A stretch of DNA of 64,000 bases from NCBI GenBank assembly GCA_963849495.1, contig CAWKHN010000022.1, positions 37,576 through 101,575 on the forward strand. Reading direction: 5' to 3'. Position numbers and translations under genes: made by a program. Below the pieces are notes generated by a model that made no database searches, was not told the origin of the DNA, and saw only the letters and a list, made by a program, of their open reading frames with translations. This document shows, one piece after another, positions 61,376 through 64,000 of this stretch. The stretch comes from an uncultured Chloroflexia bacterium (GTDB taxonomy: Bacteria; Chloroflexota; Limnocylindria; Limnocylindrales; CSP1-4). Position 1 is the stretch's first letter. Each line of letters starts with the position of its first letter.

Positions 61376-63073
61376 TCAGTTCAGCGCGACCGTGGCGCCC
61401 TTGATGGCCGTCTGGCCGGACGCCTTGATCTCGACGCTGGAGGCGTCGACCTTGAAGCTGCCCTGCGTCTTGACCTCCACGTCGCCCGTGCCTTCGAGCA
61501 GCAGCTTGCCGTCGAAGTAGACGTGGACCTGTCCCTTGGTCTCGTTGAGCGAGATCCGGAACTTGTTGTCCGCCGAGATCAGGGCGATCCCGGACTCGCC
61601 CGGGTCGTCGAAGAACACCAGCTTGTGGCCGCCGCGCGACACGAACCCGGAGCGCTTGACGGTGCCCGCGTCGAACAGGCCGTCGCCCAGGGGGGCCGTG
61701 TCCTTGCCGTTCCACAGGCCGCCGATGACGATCGGGTGGGAGATGTCTCCCTGCTCGAAGGCGACCAGCACCTCGTCGCCGACCTGCGGCACCCAGACCA
61801 TCCCGTATTCCTTGCCTGCCCCGGGCTGGGACAGGCGGGCCCAGGACGACTCGGCGTCGTCGGACAGCCACGGGAAACGGAGCTTCACCCGGCCCATCGA
61901 CTGGGGGTCGTCGTTGTCGGTCACGATCCCGGGGACGACGCCCGGGATCCGGTTGCCGCCCCCGCCTCCGCTCCCGCCCGAGCCCTGGGCGAGGAGCCCG
62001 TGGATGGAGCGATCCTGGCGGCCGGTGAACTCCAGGAACGTGCGATAGGCGCCGGCCCCGAACTCGTGGCGGGAGCCCGTGATGACCCACTTCCCGGCCA
62101 GTGCGGGATCGACGCCGCTGATGCTCACCGCGACGCCCGCCTTGAGGGCCGGGGAGCCGACGGCCACGGCTGTCGCCTCGAAGGCGGCGCTGCCCACCTG
62201 CTGGCTCCGGGCCGTGGCGAGATCGTCCGCCGTTCCCTGTGACCCCACGGGGTGATCCACGACGGTGAGCGTCTGCCCGCCCACCTTGCCGGCGAGGTCC
62301 GCGGGGCTGACCGAGAGCTGGGCGTTGGCTGCGGTCACGGTTGCCTGGCCGACGATGGCCTCCTTGGCATGCGGGTCCCAACCCCGCACCTTGACGTCTG
62401 CCACCTGCGACACCGCGCTGATCCGGGCGCGGAACTCGAGCAGGTTGTGGCCCCACACGAGCTGGACGGGGTTTTCGGTGTCGAGATCGCCCGCACCCGG
62501 AGCGCCGGAGGACTCGACCGGCTTCTTGAACAGCAGCGTCTCGTCGTCGACACGGCAGTCGAACCCGATCCGGCGAGCGACCCCGTACAGGAACTCCAGG
62601 TCCGACTGGTTCGCCTGGATGACATGCTCGACGGTGCTGCCGGAATCGTCGACGTCCGCACCCAGGCCGGCGTCGCCGGCGATCCGGGACGCGATGTCGG
62701 AGTACTTCACGTTCTGGTAGGTGGTGGTCTTCCGGCCGGCCGCCAGCCGGTGGGACTTGTCGTAGCCGCGGACCACGGCCCGCGTGCCGAGCGAGTCATA
62801 GTCGGCTTCGATCGAGGTGACCTCACCCGTGATGAGCGGCTCCGGGCTGTCGCCGGTGAGCGCCGTCGTCGAGATCCGGACCTTCCTGCCGACCTCGAGG
62901 CCGGCCCGTCCGAGGATGTCGCGCTCCGGGTCCCGGAACACGAGCGTGAACATGTCGGGCATCGCGAGGCGATCCACCACGAGCGCGCTCTCCAGCTGGT
63001 GCTCGACGTCGGGCGCGAGCTCGGCGCCCTCGACCTCGACGATCCGCTGGGTGGAGGCGGTGGAGGTGGCCAT
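61376..63073 (-). CDS. VgrG / phage late control D - gp5-like spike protein (eCIS Afp8/Cis8-like)
   Basis: 565 aa. N-terminal gpD-like domain. Central GIVTDNDDPQSMGRVKLRFPWLSDDAESSWARLSQPGAGKEYGMVWVPQVGDEVLVAFEQGDISHPIVIGGLWNGKD (Phage_base_V/OB-fold signature). C-terminal beta-helix-like GQVHVYFDGK...VEIKASGQ. Confidence 0.88.
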   Translation of the reverse strand: MATSTASTQRIVEVEGAELAPDVEHQLESALVVDRLAMPDMFTLVFRDPERDILGRAGLEVGRKVRISTTALTGDSPEPLITGEVTSIEADYDSLGTRAVVRGYDKSHRLAAGRKTTTYQNVKYSDIASRIAGDAGLGADVDDSGSTVEHVIQANQSDLEFLYGVARRIGFDCRVDDETLLFKKPVESSGAPGAGDLDTENPVQLVWGHNLLEFRARISAVSQVADVKVRGWDPHAKEAIVGQATVTAANAQLSVSPADLAGKVGGQTLTVVDHPVGSQGTADDLATARSQQVGSAAFEATAVAVGSPALKAGVAVSISGVDPALAGKWVITGSRHEFGAGAYRTFLEFTGRQDRSIHGLLAQGSGGSGGGGGNRIPGVVPGIVTDNDDPQSMGRVKLRFPWLSDDAESSWARLSQPGAGKEYGMVWVPQVGDEVLVAFEQGDISHPIVIGGLWNGKDTAPLGDGLFDAGTVKRSGFVSRGGHKLVFFDDPGESGIALISADNKFRISLNETKGQVHVYFDGKLLLEGTGDVEVKTQGSFKVDASSVEIKASGQTAIKGATVALN

Positions 63074-63082
63074 GCCGGGACC

Positions 63083-63832
63083 TCAGGCGTTCCGCGCCGC
63101 GTCGGCGAGGCTCGGGATCAGCAGCACGGTGCCGGCCGGCAGCCGCATCGGGTCGTCGATTCCGTTGAGCGCCGCGATCGCCCGCCAGTACGCCGGCTTG
63201 CCGAGCTCGCTGTGGGCGACGGACTGGAGGGTGTCGCCCTCGATCATGGTGTGGACGCGCCGGCTGTTGGCTGCGTGCGAGGTCGGGTTCTGGCTGCCGA
63301 TCTGCTCCTGCTGGCCCTCGATCGTGATGTCGACCTTGGCCTGGACCGGCGTGCCGTCCTTGCGGAACACGGTGTAGTTGACGACGACGCTCTTGAGGTA
63401 GCCGCTGAAATCGTCCAACTGGGGGTTGCCGCCCCACTTGAACGAGACCGCGGGCGGGCACGGCTTCTTCCTGTCCCGCGAGGCCGCCGTCGGCCGCGTC
63501 CACGAGAGCAAGGTCGTGATCTTGGGGGTGACGTTGCCCTCCCCTGAAGCGAAGTCGTCGAAGAACAGCTGGGTCGTGAGCGTCATCGCGTTGGTGCCGC
63601 TGAACTCCGGCGTGCCGCCATCCGTGGCGGGGGTCCGGTTGCGGGTCACGTTGAGGGTCTGGGTCAGGCGGTACTCGGTCGGGTTGAACATGCACTCGAT
63701 CTCGGTCACACCCGAGGGCAGGTTGCTCCCGACGCAGACGATCCTGGCCCTGTCGACGTGTTGACCCGCACGCTGGGTCAGGTCGCCCGCACCGATCGTT
63801 CCGGTGTCCGATTGGAGTGATTGCAGCACCAT
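63083..63832 (-). CDS. tail tube-initiator-like protein with C-terminal LysM domain (eCIS Afp7/Cis7-like)
   Basis: N-terminal T4 gp19/tube-like segment (EIECMFNPTEYRL). C-terminal LysM (HTMIEGDTLQSVAHSELGKPAYWRAIAALNGIDDPMRLPAGTVLLIP). Confidence 0.75.
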   Translation of the reverse strand: MVLQSLQSDTGTIGAGDLTQRAGQHVDRARIVCVGSNLPSGVTEIECMFNPTEYRLTQTLNVTRNRTPATDGGTPEFSGTNAMTLTTQLFFDDFASGEGNVTPKITTLLSWTRPTAASRDRKKPCPPAVSFKWGGNPQLDDFSGYLKSVVVNYTVFRKDGTPVQAKVDITIEGQQEQIGSQNPTSHAANSRRVHTMIEGDTLQSVAHSELGKPAYWRAIAALNGIDDPMRLPAGTVLLIPSLADAARNA

Positions 63833-63907
63833 CGCGCCGGCCTCAGACGGACCCGTCCGGCGACGGGCCGCCGGTCGGGGTGTCGGTCCGCGATCCGCCG
63901 CGGGCGC

Positions 63908-64000
63908 TCATCCGGCGATCTCCTGGTACGCGATCTCGAGCGACTCGGTGGCCACGCTGTTGCTCATCACGTCGAGGCTGGGGCCGGTCCACTTGACCGG
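63908..64000 (-). CDS. 3' end of an upstream minus-strand gene (truncated by window edge); possibly a further CIS component
   Basis: The open frame ends ...PVKWTGPSLDVMSNSVATESLEIAYQEIAG, with its stop at ~63908-63910. Identity cannot be assigned from 30 aa. Confidence 0.3.
   Translation of the reverse strand, partial: PVKWTGPSLDVMSNSVATESLEIAYQEIAG

Noticed and set aside
60975-62456. 493-aa minus ORF in the track
   Set aside because: Only its C-terminal 129 aa (from the ATG at 61364) are plausible, as the PAAR-like gene. The N-terminal ~360 aa overlap vgrG in another frame and are Arg/Gly low-complexity.
63843-63911. 22-codon ORF (MSARGGSRTDTPTGGPSPDGSV) between the LysM gene and the upstream partial gene
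   Set aside because: It is too short, low-complexity, and has no support. It is probably intergenic or a mis-set start of the LysM protein.

Overview
This is a very high-GC (~70%) chromosomal window, and its gene order matches deep-branching Actinomycetota. The rplM-rpsI, glmM, glmS and alr-tsaE-tsaB-rimI-tsaD blocks are arranged as in mycobacteria, but no database search was possible.

Positions 1-14.9 kb hold the distal S10-spc-alpha ribosomal super-operon. It runs rplB (5' partial), rpsS, rplV, rpsC, rplP, rpmC, rpsQ, rplN, rplX, rplE, rpsZ, rpsH, rplF, rplR, rpsE, rpmD, rplO, secY, adk, map, infA, rpmJ, rpsM, rpsK, rpsD, rpoA, rplQ, truA, rplM and rpsI.

Positions 15-51 kb are housekeeping genes. 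They include argF, a TPR protein with a recent internal tandem duplication, a cdaA-cdaR-glmM-glmS c-di-AMP/cell-wall operon, acpS, an Nnr dehydratase and alr. After a macro-domain gene and three hypotheticals come tsaE, tsaB, rimI, tsaD, rsmA, ispE, ridA, glmU and a CorC/CBS transporter. Further on are a polyprenyl synthase, recO, a membrane dipeptidase, glyQS, an NfnAB-like pair plus FNR, and ppdK.

The last ~13 kb is accessory. It holds a STAND-ATPase/SARP-type regulator that appears split by a frameshift, and a lower-GC secreted DUF3494 (ice-binding-like) protein with a PT-repeat linker. Next to it is a membrane protein with double zinc ribbons, a long (PE)n tandem repeat, one TM helix and a discoidin-like ectodomain, again split by a frameshift inside the repeat.

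The most interesting part is a tightly coupled minus-strand operon encoding the spike and baseplate module of a phage-tail-like extracellular contractile injection system (eCIS / Afp-PVC / Streptomyces CIS-like). It comprises a LysM tube-initiator, VgrG spike, PAAR, gp25, baseplate J and tail protein I. The rest of the machine (sheath, tube, ATPase) presumably lies beyond the 3' edge of the window.

No rRNA, tRNA or CRISPR array was found. All calls rest on by-eye motif recognition in the supplied six-frame translations.
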